This document shows, one piece after another, positions 34,361 through 44,772 of a stretch of DNA of 64,000 bases; positions within the stretch are counted from its first letter, which is position 1, and every line of letters starts with the position of its first letter. The stretch comes from a virus (lineage: Duplodnaviria; Caudoviricetes). The notes below the pieces were generated by a model. It did not search any database. It was not told the origin of the DNA and saw only the letters and a program-made list of their open reading frames with translations. The position numbers were made by a program, and so were the translations under genes. The stretch lies in the IMG/VR virus record IMGVR_UViG_2910510430_000001, positions 19,888 through 83,887 of that record. One strand, 5' to 3'.

Positions 34361-35062
34361 GTGGCCCGGATCGTCGTTCAGAAGACGAACGTGAAGCTGG
34401 TTCTTTCCCTCCGGGATCGCGCTGCACTCTTCGGTCGCGGAGACTGGAAGAAGCACGCGAACCGAGGTGTGATCGACGCGGGCCGCAAGACGAAGACGCA
34501 GGTCCAGCGAGCGGTCTACCGGCAGATGGCCCTGAAGGAAGGGCACTATCAGCGATACGTGGTTTCAGGCACCCGTGGCATTCCGCGTAAGGCCCAGCTC
34601 GCCTACGAGATCTTCGGCGTGCCAGGCGGCCAGCGGATCGAAATCTACAAGGGCCTGCGGGCCATGAAGATGAGCGGCGCCGCCGCTGCACGGTTCAACT
34701 CAGGACGTGGGGCAGGTGATGCCGGCTCGGTCCGGTCCGGCGTCTGGAACAACCCCCGAGTTTTCAAGCGGTCGTTCGCCACCGGCAGCGGCTTCTTCGC
34801 GCTCCTGCCGAAGAGTGCCGGCGGGTCCGGCACGGCGCCGAAAGCGCTCTGGACGTTCGGCGCGAAGCCCGACCAGAACCGCGACGACCGCGGACGGTTC
34901 GCCTCGAGTGGCATCCGCTACGGCAAGGTCCGTCGGCTGTACGGTCCGGCGCTCCAAAAGGAGATCCCGAAGGATGCGTCGCTCGCCACCTTCCTCGCTG
35001 TCGCTCCGGTGGAGCTGGAGCAGAAGGTGATGAAGCGGCTGACCCCGCTGATGAGGTTCTGA
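34361..35062 (+). CDS. Lambda gpZ-like tail/neck protein
   Basis: GGAGG RBS; VRRLYGPALQKEI; typical position before terS. Confidence 0.6.
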   Translation: MARIVVQKTNVKLVLSLRDRAALFGRGDWKKHANRGVIDAGRKTKTQVQRAVYRQMALKEGHYQRYVVSGTRGIPRKAQLAYEIFGVPGGQRIEIYKGLRAMKMSGAAAARFNSGRGAGDAGSVRSGVWNNPRVFKRSFATGSGFFALLPKSAGGSGTAPKALWTFGAKPDQNRDDRGRFASSGIRYGKVRRLYGPALQKEIPKDASLATFLAVAPVELEQKVMKRLTPLMRF

Positions 35063-35769
35063 TGCCTGTTGCGAAGAAGACGAAACCCCGGAGTTTGCCG
35101 GCGGCGCCGTCGTCGAAGGTGAAGCGCGGAACCTCCCCGCAGCTTCCGGAAACCCGAACTGGCGCGCGGTCTCCTTCCCGCAGTGCCGGCAAGGGCTCGA
35201 CGACGAAAGCGCCGCCGGCAAGCGCCAGCAAGGCGCCCGCCAGGAACAAGGGTGGCCGGCCGAAGGGCCCGGCCAAGCCCAAGCTGCCGGAGACGATCGG
35301 CACGACCGAGCTGGCGAAGCTTCTATCGATCACCGACCGACGGCTCACACAGCTCGTCGACGAAGGGGTGATCGAGAAGGAAGGGCGCGGTGCCTTCAAC
35401 ACGGTCGCCGCCGTCGCAGCCTTCGTGAATTTTCGTGCCGAATCCGAGAAGCGCCGGTCGGCATCGACCAGTGCCGACAAGCTGCGCGAGCAGCGGCAGG
35501 AAGAGATCGCCCGGAAGATGGCGCGCGAAGATCGAGAGATCATCGCGCTCGATGAGGCGATGGACGCACTCGACGAGGCCGCCGGCCTGTTCGTCGAGGT
35601 GATCGGCGGTCTGCCCGCCAGGATCACACGCGATCCGAAGGAACGCCGAAGGATCGAGGATGTCTGCAACGCCGAGCGTGACCGGCTCTCACAGGGCTTC
35701 GCTGAAAAAGCACAGGCTCTTCGCACGGGTCTCAGCGATGCTGAAGACCCCGAAGAGGATGACGCCTGA
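35062..35769 (+). CDS. terS: Terminase small subunit (Nu1-like HTH) with basic low-complexity N-terminus
   Basis: IGTTELAKLLSITDRRLTQLVDEG. Confidence 0.8.
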   Translation: MPVAKKTKPRSLPAAPSSKVKRGTSPQLPETRTGARSPSRSAGKGSTTKAPPASASKAPARNKGGRPKGPAKPKLPETIGTTELAKLLSITDRRLTQLVDEGVIEKEGRGAFNTVAAVAAFVNFRAESEKRRSASTSADKLREQRQEEIARKMAREDREIIALDEAMDALDEAAGLFVEVIGGLPARITRDPKERRRIEDVCNAERDRLSQGFAEKAQALRTGLSDAEDPEEDDA

Positions 35770-38700
35770 CGAGTGGGCGAGCACCAACCGGGTCTATCCG
35801 AAGACGGCTGCGATCCCCGGACCGCGTGATCCGTCGCTGACCCCGTACATTATCCCGATCGAGCGCGCGATCGCCGCGCGCACGCATCGCCGAGTGGTCG
35901 CCGTGTTCGGCACCCAAATGTCGAAGGCGCTAGCACTCGACACGCGCCTTCCCACCCCGTCCGGCTGGACCACGATGGGTAAGGTGCAGCCGGGCGACCG
36001 CTTGTTTGATGAGCGCGGCGAGCCTTGTCTCGTCACCGGTGTATCGCCGGTGATGCTCGGGCACGTCTGCTATCGTGTCGAGTTCTGTGATGGCTCGTCA
36101 ATAATTGCCGACGCCGGCCACCTCTGGACCGTCAATCGCGCTCACAAGGTCCCGTCTGGGATCGAGCGGCGCGTGGAAATTCTGACGACCCAGGACATGA
36201 TCGACATTGGCGTTGCGCGGACTGGTGGTGCGTCGCGCTTCTCAATTCCGATCGCTGCGCCGCTGCACTGTGAGGCCAACTCGCTTCCGGTCGATCCTTA
36301 CGTGCTCGGCGCGTGGCTCGGCGATGGCAACTCCCGCTGCGCAGCAATATCGGTTGGCGACGAAGACCTCGTCGACATGGTTGCGAACCTCGGCGACCGT
36401 GGCGTCGAAACCTCCGTCGTCCGTGAGCGGACATGCAACCGCGTCGGCGTCTTTGGACGCGACGCGAGCGGCGCGCGTGTGGCGCGCGGTGCCGCTGAAA
36501 ATCTACAGAAGCAGCTGCGCGCCATCGGAGTGCTCGGCAACAAGCACATCCCGATCTCGTACCTTCGCGCACCCGAAGAGAGCCGCTGGGCATTGCTCCG
36601 CGGCCTCATGGACACCGACGGTACGCCGAATGGCGGCACCTGCCGTTTCTCCGTGGTGTCGAAGGTGTTGGCCGACGGCATGATCGAGCTTCTCTCAGGA
36701 CTCGGATTCCGTCCTCGGATGCGGACCCGCATTTCGGCCGACGGTTACACCGTTCACCAAGCTGAGTTCCGAGCCTACCGGGACCAAGCCGTTTTTGGGC
36801 TAGAGCGCAAGCAGGCGCAGCTTCCTGCTGAGGACGCGGCCTCGCGTCGGCATCTGAGCCGCCAACGCTACATCCGCGCCATCACGCCGGTCGAAAGTCG
36901 GCCGGTGAAGTGCATTGCGGTCTCGTCCGCCTCTCACCTGTTTCTCGCGGGCGAGCGGATGATCCCGACACACAACACCGAGCTGTCCATGGACGTGCTC
37001 GGCCACCGCCTCGATACGGCGCCGACACCGATGGCGTTCATCGCGCCGTCCAAGCAGATCCTCGACGACGAGTTCGAGCCGCGCGTCGAAGCGCTGATCA
37101 AGCAGTCGATCTCGCTCCGCCGGAAGGCTGGGCGCAAGAAACGGACGAAGGCGAAGAAGGTGATCGCCGGCGTAACGCTTCGCCTGGTGCACGGCGGCTC
37201 CGCGACCGCGCTCGCTGCGCAGTCGCTCGGCCTGATCGTCACCGACGAGGTCGACAAGATGCTGGCCAACGTGAAGGGCCAGGGTGACGTCATCGGCCTG
37301 GCCGATCGCCGCGGCGACGCCTACGCCGACTTCGTCCATTTCGCGACGTCGTCCCCCTCGCGTGGTCTCTCGGACGTGGTGTTCGACGAGGCGAGCGAGC
37401 TGCACTTCTGGGCCGACCAGGACCCGAAGGAGATCCACTCGACCATCTGGCGCATGTGGCAGTCCGGCAGCCGGTATCATTGGGCCGTGCCGTGTCCCCA
37501 CTGCAGCGAGTATTTCATCCCCCGCTTCCGTAACCTGAAGTGGGAGAAGCCTCTCGATGCCGAGGGCAAGGAACTGCCGTCGACGCCGATCCTCGCTCAC
37601 AAGACCGCGCACATGGTCTGCGAGTTCTGCACCGAGACGATTCTCTACGACGACCTGGAGGACATGAACGCCCGTGGCGTTTTCGTCGCTCCTGGCCAAG
37701 CCGTCATGAACGACGGCACGGTGAACGGCGCCGACCCCGAGGCATGGACGCTGTCCTATTGGGTGTCTGGGCTGTGCTCGCCGTTCGTCCCCTGGGGGCA
37801 GCGGGCGGCGGAGTTTGTCGAAGCGGCTCGCTCCGGCAAGACCGACGATGTCCAGGCGATCGTCAACGGTATGGGCGAGCTCTATTCGCCCGGCGACGGC
37901 GATGCTCCGGAATGGCAGGAGCTGCGCCAGCTGGCCCGGCCCTATGTCACCGGCGACATTCCGGAGTGGGTCCGGATACTGACGCTGACCTGCGACGTCC
38001 AGAAGGACCGGCTGGTCTACGTGATCCGCGGCTGGGGTGAGGGCGGTTCGTCCGCTCAGATCATCGCGTCCGAGATCTACGGCGACACGGCTGAGCTGGA
38101 CGTGTGGAACAAGCTCGGCGTGGTGCTGACCGATCTCTACGACGGCATCCCGATCAAGCTTGCGCTGATCGACTCCGGCTATCGGCCGGGGAAGAAGTTC
38201 GCGGTGCCGGACAACATGGTCTACCGCTTCTGCCGGCGCTTCCCGAAGCTTGCCTATGCGACGAAGGGTGCATCGAACCCGATGCGCAAGCCGATCGCGG
38301 CGAACAAGCTCGACATCAACCTGGACGGCAAGGCCTACAAGCGCGGCCTCGACATCCGCATCCTCGACACCGGCTTCTTCAAGCGGTGGCTCCACCAGAA
38401 GTTCAGGTGGCCGAAGGATGAGGTCGGCGAATGGGTCCTGCCGGAAGACGTCTCTGACGACTTCCTGCAGCACATGGTCTCGGAAGCCGAAGTCAACCTG
38501 GCGAACGGCAAGACCAAGTGGGTCGCCCGCTCGAAGCACAACCACTTCTTCGACTGCGAATCCATGCAGGGCGCCTGCGCGATGATGCTCAATCTGCATC
38601 TGCTTCGCGCCGGCCCCGCCATGAAGGTCCGCAAGAAGGAGCCGGCCGCTGAAGTGGACCTGGCTCCGAAGAAGACATCGGGCGCCGACATCACCGACGA

Positions 38701-38785
38701 CGAGCTGCAGCCCCGCCGTCCAGCACCGCGACGCCGTCCTGAGCGTGGCGGAGCCGGTTGGCTGAAACGAGAAAGCATCTGGTGA
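35660..38785 (+). CDS. terL: Terminase large subunit, lambda GpA family, intein-containing (start may be 35738)
   Basis: TPDEWA, TDEVDK, VPCPHC, CDVQKDRL, IDSGY, NHFFDC. Confidence 0.95.
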   Translation: MSATPSVTGSHRASLKKHRLFARVSAMLKTPKRMTPDEWASTNRVYPKTAAIPGPRDPSLTPYIIPIERAIAARTHRRVVAVFGTQMSKALALDTRLPTPSGWTTMGKVQPGDRLFDERGEPCLVTGVSPVMLGHVCYRVEFCDGSSIIADAGHLWTVNRAHKVPSGIERRVEILTTQDMIDIGVARTGGASRFSIPIAAPLHCEANSLPVDPYVLGAWLGDGNSRCAAISVGDEDLVDMVANLGDRGVETSVVRERTCNRVGVFGRDASGARVARGAAENLQKQLRAIGVLGNKHIPISYLRAPEESRWALLRGLMDTDGTPNGGTCRFSVVSKVLADGMIELLSGLGFRPRMRTRISADGYTVHQAEFRAYRDQAVFGLERKQAQLPAEDAASRRHLSRQRYIRAITPVESRPVKCIAVSSASHLFLAGERMIPTHNTELSMDVLGHRLDTAPTPMAFIAPSKQILDDEFEPRVEALIKQSISLRRKAGRKKRTKAKKVIAGVTLRLVHGGSATALAAQSLGLIVTDEVDKMLANVKGQGDVIGLADRRGDAYADFVHFATSSPSRGLSDVVFDEASELHFWADQDPKEIHSTIWRMWQSGSRYHWAVPCPHCSEYFIPRFRNLKWEKPLDAEGKELPSTPILAHKTAHMVCEFCTETILYDDLEDMNARGVFVAPGQAVMNDGTVNGADPEAWTLSYWVSGLCSPFVPWGQRAAEFVEAARSGKTDDVQAIVNGMGELYSPGDGDAPEWQELRQLARPYVTGDIPEWVRILTLTCDVQKDRLVYVIRGWGEGGSSAQIIASEIYGDTAELDVWNKLGVVLTDLYDGIPIKLALIDSGYRPGKKFAVPDNMVYRFCRRFPKLAYATKGASNPMRKPIAANKLDINLDGKAYKRGLDIRILDTGFFKRWLHQKFRWPKDEVGEWVLPEDVSDDFLQHMVSEAEVNLANGKTKWVARSKHNHFFDCESMQGACAMMLNLHLLRAGPAMKVRKKEPAAEVDLAPKKTSGADITDDELQPRRPAPRRRPERGGAGWLKRESIW
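35927..36976 (+). mobile_element. Class 3 intein (350 aa) with LAGLIDADG endonuclease in the TerL Walker A motif
   Basis: Ala1 ALALDT; block B HLW; block F VKCIAV; block G THN/T; LGAWLGDG and LRGLMDTDG. Confidence 0.92.
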
Positions 38786-39006
38786 TGGCCACGATCGCAG
38801 AACTGCAAAAACAGCTCGACAGCCTCAAAGAGGCCCGGCGATCCGGCGTCAAGCGCGTGATCTTCAACGAGCGAGACGTCACCTACAAGTCCGACGACGA
38901 CATGGCCCGAGCCCAGAAGGATCTCGAACGTGAGATCCGGAAGATGGGCAACGGCCGTCGGCGTCGGACCGCCACCCTCGCAACCTTCCGATCGGGGCTC
39001 AGATGA
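38785..39006 (+). CDS. gpW-like head-tail joining protein
   Basis: LKEARRSGVKRV...VTYKSDDDM. Confidence 0.85.
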   Translation: MATIAELQKQLDSLKEARRSGVKRVIFNERDVTYKSDDDMARAQKDLEREIRKMGNGRRRRTATLATFRSGLR

Positions 39007-40580
39007 AGCGCACCATCCTAGACAGGACGATCGGATACTTCTCGCCGAAGCGAGAGGCCGAGCGCCTGGCCTATCGCAAGAAGACCGATGTCCTGGCCGG
39101 GACGCAGAAGCGCCGGGGATACGAAGCTGCCGCAGTCGGCCGCCGGACATCCGGCTGGCTGACGAGGCCCGGGACGAATGACGACGAGCTCCGCCGCGCT
39201 GCGCCGAAGTTGCGGGAGCGGTCGCGAGACCTCGACCGGAACAACGCGATCGCGACGCTCGGCGCCACTCGACACGCCGACTACATGATCGGCACCGGCA
39301 TCATCGCGAAGTCGCGGACGCAGAACCCCGCGCGCGACGAGGTGGTCAACGATCTCTGGAAGGCCTTCACGAAGAGGATTGATCCTGAAGGGCTTCTGAC
39401 CTTCGACGGCCTCTGCCACAAAGCAGTCCGGACGATGGTCGTCGACGGCGAGATCTTCGCCCGGATGCGGATGCGAAAGGCATCCGATGGCCTGAAGGTG
39501 CCCCTGCAGGTGCAGCTCCTCGAAGCCGAGTTCCTGGACAGTTCGAAGCATGGTCCGACAACGGGCCGGAACCGAGCGGTCAACGGAATCGAGTTCGATG
39601 CGATCGGCGGGCGGAAGGCCTACTGGCTTTTCCCCCAGCACCCGCAGTCCTCGGCGTCGCCCTTCGGCATGAAGAGTAGCGCCGTCCGTGCCACCGAGGT
39701 CGCGCATCTGTTCGAGCCTCGCGGCAACCAGACGCGCGGCGCTCCGTGGTTCGCGCCGGTCATGCTCGATCTGAAGGATCTCGACGAATACCACGAGGCC
39801 GAGCTGGTCCGTAAGAAGATCGAGGCCTGCAACGTCGGCGTGATCACTCGCCGCGATGACGACGACGAGATTAGCGAAGATCCGAACCAGTTCCTGCCGA
39901 ACGACGACGGCGAATACGAGGAGCAAGGTTCTCGGATCGACGAGTATCGCGGCGTTCGGGACGGCAATGGTGACCCGGTCGAACGCTTCGAGCCGGGCAT
40001 GTTCGCCTACGCGAACGAAGGCGACGACATCCACTTCAACAACCCGTCGGTCTCGGCGGGTCAGGAGGCCTACATCCGCTCGCATCAGCGACGGATCTCG
40101 GCGGGAGTTCGCATGCCCTACGAGCTGCTGACGAACGACCTCAGCCAGGTGACGTTCGCCTCCGGCAAGATGGGGCAGCTGGCCTATCAGCAGTTCGTTC
40201 GCACGATGCAGTGGAACTTCATCATCCCGATGTTCTGCGACCGGATCTGGACCTGGTTCATCGAGACCTGCATCATCACCGGGCTGCTGCCGGACGGGGA
40301 CTACCCGGTCGAGTGGACGGTCCCGCGGTTCCAGTCGATCACCCCGATCGATGACGTCCGCGCTGACATGCTCGAAGTCCGCAACGGGTTCATCCCGTGG
40401 GACGAGAAGGTGACCGAGCGGGGCTACGATCCCGACAAGGTCCAGCAGCAGATCGCCGACCGCAACAAGAAGCTCGACGACGACGCGATCGTCCTCGATT
40501 GCGACCCCCGGCGAGTGGCGATCAACGGTCAAGCTCAGTGGGTCGCGGAGCAAACCGACCAGCCCAAATCAAACGGCTAG
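39003..40580 (+). CDS. Portal protein, lambda family
   Basis: LRERSRDLDRNN, QLLEAEFL, RGAPWFAP, LSQVTFAS. Confidence 0.95.
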   Translation: MKRTILDRTIGYFSPKREAERLAYRKKTDVLAGTQKRRGYEAAAVGRRTSGWLTRPGTNDDELRRAAPKLRERSRDLDRNNAIATLGATRHADYMIGTGIIAKSRTQNPARDEVVNDLWKAFTKRIDPEGLLTFDGLCHKAVRTMVVDGEIFARMRMRKASDGLKVPLQVQLLEAEFLDSSKHGPTTGRNRAVNGIEFDAIGGRKAYWLFPQHPQSSASPFGMKSSAVRATEVAHLFEPRGNQTRGAPWFAPVMLDLKDLDEYHEAELVRKKIEACNVGVITRRDDDDEISEDPNQFLPNDDGEYEEQGSRIDEYRGVRDGNGDPVERFEPGMFAYANEGDDIHFNNPSVSAGQEAYIRSHQRRISAGVRMPYELLTNDLSQVTFASGKMGQLAYQQFVRTMQWNFIIPMFCDRIWTWFIETCIITGLLPDGDYPVEWTVPRFQSITPIDDVRADMLEVRNGFIPWDEKVTERGYDPDKVQQQIADRNKKLDDDAIVLDCDPRRVAINGQAQWVAEQTDQPKSNG

Positions 40581-40590
40581 GAGAAGCCCC

Positions 40591-42765
40591 ATGGCTCAAG
40601 GCAACCAGACCGGCCGAAAGCCGGTGGGGGATGCGATCCGTATCCCCGACCGCGCATTCGGCGAGGTCGAGGTGCGCGCCGACACGTTCAGCTCAGAGGA
40701 CCGCACGGTCGAGATCATCTGGGCAGCCGGCGCGAAGGTGCGGCGCTACAGCTGGGATGAAGGCTACTTCATGGAGGAACTCTCCATGGATGCGTCACAC
40801 ATCCGGATGGACCGCTTCGCCTCTGGCATGTCGCTCCTCGACAGCCACGACGCCTACTCGATGGACAACCGGATCGGCACCGTGATCCCGGGCTCTGTCC
40901 GCGTCGACGGCGGCAAGGCTTACGCAACGGTCCGGCTGTCCCGGAACCAGCGCGGCGAGTCGATCTACCAGGATCTGCAGGACGGCCACCCGTTCCCTGT
41001 CAGCGTCGGATACCGAATCCACGCCTACGAGAAAACCGAAGGTGACGACAGTCAGCTTCCCACCCTTCGCGCGATCGATTGGGAGCCGCTCGAATTGTCG
41101 GCGGTCCCGATCCCCGCGGATGCTGGCGCCTTCTCACGGTCGGAAGCCCGTGAAGAAGCCGCTGTAACAGTCGCCGTCTCACGGCGCGACAACCCCAACG
41201 CCGGATCGGCAACTTCTGGAGACAAAGGCATGGCGAACCAGCCGAACAAGACCGGCAAGAAGCCGGGTGAAGAGGGCAACCCGAGCGGCGCTGACGGCGC
41301 TCGTAGCGCCGAAGATGAAGCCTCGACCGACGAGACGTCGAGCGAGGACGAAGCGGCTACGGTGACCGCCGATACCCGCTCCGCCCCGGCAAGCCAGTCT
41401 CGCTCGGCCGCTCCGGCTCCGACGCAGCAGACTGATACCCGCCAGGCTCCGGCCGCAGATCCTGAGGCCGTGCAGCGCGCTGCGCAGACCGCAGCCACCG
41501 AGGCAGTCCGCCACGAGCGCGTCCGCACCGAGACCATCACGGATCTCGGTCGTCGCTACGGCATGACGGACGACTTCGTCCGCCAGCACATCCGCGACGG
41601 CAGCTCCGAAACGGCGTTCAAGAACGCGGTCACCGAAGCGATGCTCGCCGAGCAGGAGCGCACCGGCTCCTTCCCGCACATCGAAACCCGCGGCATGCAG
41701 GACGAGGTCGACACCCGTCGCTCGCTCGTCGCCAACGCGCTGCTGCATCGCTCCGGCGTTGTGACCGAGCTCCAGGAAGGTGCTCGCGAGTGGCGCGATA
41801 TGTCGATGGTCGACACCGCCAAGGAACTGATGCGCGCACGCGGCGAGAGCACCCGCGGCTCGGTCAACGAAGTGGTGAAGCGCGCCCTGCACTCCACCAG
41901 CGACTTCCCCGCCATCCTGGGCGAGGTCACCCGCCAGACGCTCGTCGCCGGCTATGAGAGCTACGAGAACACCTTCCAGCTGATCTCCAATCGCCAGGTC
42001 GTCTCCGACTTCCGCGACGTGAAGATGCTGGAAATCGGCAACGGTCCCGACCTGCTGCCGGTCAACGAGCACGGCGAGTTCAAGCGCGGCACGCTCAAGG
42101 AAAGCGAAGAGAGCTTCAAGATCGGGACCTTCGGTCGCGTCTTCGGGCTCACCCGTCAGATGATCATCAACGATCAGCTGAACGCCTTCGCCCGCGTCAT
42201 CCAGGATTGGGGCCGCAAGGCTGCCAAGCTCGAAGGTGACATGGTCTGGGGTGTCATCATCGACAACGCGAAGCTGAAGGACGGCAAGGGCCTGTTCCAC
42301 GCCGACCATAAGAACCTCGGCACGCCGACGGCTCTGTCGACCGACGCGCTGACGGCAGCTCGCACGATGTTCCGCAAGCAGGTCGACATCGACGGCGAGC
42401 CGATCAACGTCCCGCCGCAGTATCTCTTCGTCGGCTCGGATCTTGAGATCCCGGCGCAGAAGATCATCACCGGCGTCACCGTCCCGAACACCACTGCCAA
42501 TGTGGTGCCGGAAGCCATCCGCTCGCTGACCCCGGTCTACGAGTATCGCCTCGACAAGATCAGCGCGACCGTCTGGTTCCTGTTCGCGTCGATGCAGGCA
42601 ACGATGGGCCGCGGTCTGCAGCACGCATACCTGTCCGGCCAGGAGCAGCCGTTCTTTGACGAGCGTCTCGGCTTCGATGTCGACGGCATCGAGTACAAGA
42701 TCCGCCACGACTTCGGCGCGGGTCTGACCGACTACCGCTTCGCCTACAAGAACGCCGGCGCCTAA
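40591..42765 (+). CDS. Prohead protease fused to major capsid protein
   Basis: LLDSHD, VSVGY, WEPLELSAVPIPADAGA; HSTSDFP, YKIRHDFG. Confidence 0.92.
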   Translation: MAQGNQTGRKPVGDAIRIPDRAFGEVEVRADTFSSEDRTVEIIWAAGAKVRRYSWDEGYFMEELSMDASHIRMDRFASGMSLLDSHDAYSMDNRIGTVIPGSVRVDGGKAYATVRLSRNQRGESIYQDLQDGHPFPVSVGYRIHAYEKTEGDDSQLPTLRAIDWEPLELSAVPIPADAGAFSRSEAREEAAVTVAVSRRDNPNAGSATSGDKGMANQPNKTGKKPGEEGNPSGADGARSAEDEASTDETSSEDEAATVTADTRSAPASQSRSAAPAPTQQTDTRQAPAADPEAVQRAAQTAATEAVRHERVRTETITDLGRRYGMTDDFVRQHIRDGSSETAFKNAVTEAMLAEQERTGSFPHIETRGMQDEVDTRRSLVANALLHRSGVVTELQEGAREWRDMSMVDTAKELMRARGESTRGSVNEVVKRALHSTSDFPAILGEVTRQTLVAGYESYENTFQLISNRQVVSDFRDVKMLEIGNGPDLLPVNEHGEFKRGTLKESEESFKIGTFGRVFGLTRQMIINDQLNAFARVIQDWGRKAAKLEGDMVWGVIIDNAKLKDGKGLFHADHKNLGTPTALSTDALTAARTMFRKQVDIDGEPINVPPQYLFVGSDLEIPAQKIITGVTVPNTTANVVPEAIRSLTPVYEYRLDKISATVWFLFASMQATMGRGLQHAYLSGQEQPFFDERLGFDVDGIEYKIRHDFGAGLTDYRFAYKNAGA

Positions 42766-42790
42766 GCCGCAATCGCAACCTGAGAGCTTC

Positions 42791-42827
42791 GAAGACCGCC
42801 GGCCTTAGCGCCGGCGTCTTCGTTTCC
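42791..42827 (+). terminator. Hairpin terminator after the capsid gene
   Basis: GAAGAC(C)GCCGGC...GCCGGCGTCTTC followed by GTTT. Confidence 0.55.
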
Positions 42828-42853
42828 AGAACACCCGAGAAAGGCTTGGGAGC

Positions 42854-43189
42854 ATGGCAAAGAATTTCATCCAGCCGGGCAAGGTCCTTACGATGACCGC
42901 GCCGTCCGGCGGCTGCGCAAGCGGCATCGTCTACGTCTTCGGCAAGATCTTCGGCGTCGCCGTCACGAGCGCCGCCGAAGCCGCTGAGTTCGAGCTCGAA
43001 GTCGGCGGCGTCTTCGAACTGCCGAAGGTCTCGGCCGAAGCCTGGACCGTCGGCGCCGAGATCTATTGGGACGCCGCCGCCGAGCTGGCGACCACGGTCT
43101 CCACCGCTAACACCAAGATCGGTGTCGCGGTGCTCAGCGCCGCGAACCCGTCCGGCCTGGGCGTCGTCCGTCTGAACGACGCCTTCTAA
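42854..43189 (+). CDS. DUF2190 capsid cement protein
   Basis: MAKNFIQPGKVL, GVFELPK, GAEIYWD. Confidence 0.9.
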   Translation: MAKNFIQPGKVLTMTAPSGGCASGIVYVFGKIFGVAVTSAAEAAEFELEVGGVFELPKVSAEAWTVGAEIYWDAAAELATTVSTANTKIGVAVLSAANPSGLGVVRLNDAF

Positions 43190-43235
43190 TCCTCGCCTAC
43201 CGTAGGCCGGGCGGCGCTGCCGCCCGAACACCGGG

Positions 43236-43508
43236 ATGACCCCTATGGACAAGAAGCTGTACCGCGCCAACGCGGCGACGATGGTCGGCGGCAAATACGT
43301 CGCTGCCGGCGACACTGCGATGATGACGGAAAAGCAGGCCAAGGCCCGCGACGTCACCCTCGCATCTGAGACGGATGGCAGCACTCAGCAGTACGCCGAC
43401 GTTGCCCCTTCGGAAGCCAAGTTCGCTCGCGTCAAGGGCGTCGTGCCTGTCGACAAGAACGGCAAGGCAACCGAAGGCGCCGAGAAGACTGCACCGAAGA
43501 ACTCCTGA
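43236..43508 (+). CDS. Hypothetical virion-associated protein
   Basis: Position in the head operon. Confidence 0.55.
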   Translation: MTPMDKKLYRANAATMVGGKYVAAGDTAMMTEKQAKARDVTLASETDGSTQQYADVAPSEAKFARVKGVVPVDKNGKATEGAEKTAPKNS

Positions 43509-43519
43509 GGATCTGACCG

Positions 43520-43969
43520 ATGAACCACTTCGATCGCTTGGAGCGTATGGCGAGTCAGACGATCGATTGGCTCAACGGTGAGTCTTTCACCCTGATCCCG
43601 ATCCAGCAGGCCATCAACGGCCGAGCTGGCCGGGATCAGGATCGCCCGATCATCGAGGGCAAGGGCGTGTTCGAATACACGTCCATCGAGAGCGGCCTGC
43701 AGCTCGGTGTTCGCAAGAGCTACCGCGAGGCCAACGACCTTCGCGCCCTCCAGGTGGGCCGGCAGCCGATCCTCTCGGTCGATCGCCGCGTCTTCGACGA
43801 CGTGAACGGCGATCCCATCGAGGATGCGCTTGTTCGCCAGGGCGACTTCGTCCGGTTCCCCGAGGACCAGAACCTGCCCGACTTCGATGTCGTCTCGGCC
43901 CAGCCGGACGGACATTCCCGCATCGTGATCAAGCTCGTCAGCCGTGGCAGGAGCTTCAAGGAGGAGTAG
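43520..43969 (+). CDS. Putative head-tail joining protein
   Basis: Position; RQGDFV...DVVSAQPDG. Confidence 0.65.
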   Translation: MNHFDRLERMASQTIDWLNGESFTLIPIQQAINGRAGRDQDRPIIEGKGVFEYTSIESGLQLGVRKSYREANDLRALQVGRQPILSVDRRVFDDVNGDPIEDALVRQGDFVRFPEDQNLPDFDVVSAQPDGHSRIVIKLVSRGRSFKEE

Positions 43970-43971
43970 TC

Positions 43972-44772
43972 GTGAGCGCAGCGCATCGCATCACCCTCCG
44001 CCTGGCCGCCGTCGCGGCCATCAGCAATTTTCAGCGGCAGCCATGGCCCACGCTGGCCGGCCCGCAGATCTTCGATTCGAAGATCGAACCGCAAGAGCTG
44101 TACGAGGGCGAGAACGCCTTTCCGCTCTGCGTCATCTACACCGACTACGACAAGGACTTTGCGAACCATCAGTCGCAGGCGGCCAAGCGGCGGACACTGA
44201 CGCTGACGATCGAGATCCTGGTCGTGCAGTCTCGCGCCGATCGCGACGAGCTCGGCAACATCCTTCTCGACGAGGAGGGGGCGCCTCAGAGCTACACGAT
44301 CAGCACGCCGGTCACCGACAGCGAGCTTGAAACGTCGCTCGACATTTTCGAAAGCCAGATCTTCGACGCTCTCGCAGCGGACAACTCGGCAGCCAACTGC
44401 TTCCAGTACCTCGTTACGGGCTTCGACAACGTCATCAGTCGCCGTGGAGCCACCGTGGAGGGCGGAACGCGATTGAGCGCCCGTCAGCTTACGATCGAAG
44501 CTTACGTCCTCAGAGACCCCGCTCCTGGCAATCTGCCGGCGGAAGTGGCGACCTTCCTCGATGACCTTGCTGAGACCGCGGACTATGCGGGTCGGGTCGA
44601 CGAGGTGCGCGCGATGTATCTGCGCGGCGGCGACCTGTCGGCCACCGACAAGCTACGCCGTGTCGTGGGCTGGTCGAGCGGGGTGACGGACATCCTCGGG
44701 TATCAGCGCGGGCCGACCGTCACGCTGGGCACGCCGATCGTATGGCTGCAGCCGAACGGGAGTCCGCTGTGA
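43972..44772 (+). CDS. Putative tail terminator/completion protein
   Basis: Position; FPLCVIYTD. Confidence 0.6.
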   Translation: MSAAHRITLRLAAVAAISNFQRQPWPTLAGPQIFDSKIEPQELYEGENAFPLCVIYTDYDKDFANHQSQAAKRRTLTLTIEILVVQSRADRDELGNILLDEEGAPQSYTISTPVTDSELETSLDIFESQIFDALAADNSAANCFQYLVTGFDNVISRRGATVEGGTRLSARQLTIEAYVLRDPAPGNLPAEVATFLDDLAETADYAGRVDEVRAMYLRGGDLSATDKLRRVVGWSSGVTDILGYQRGPTVTLGTPIVWLQPNGSPL

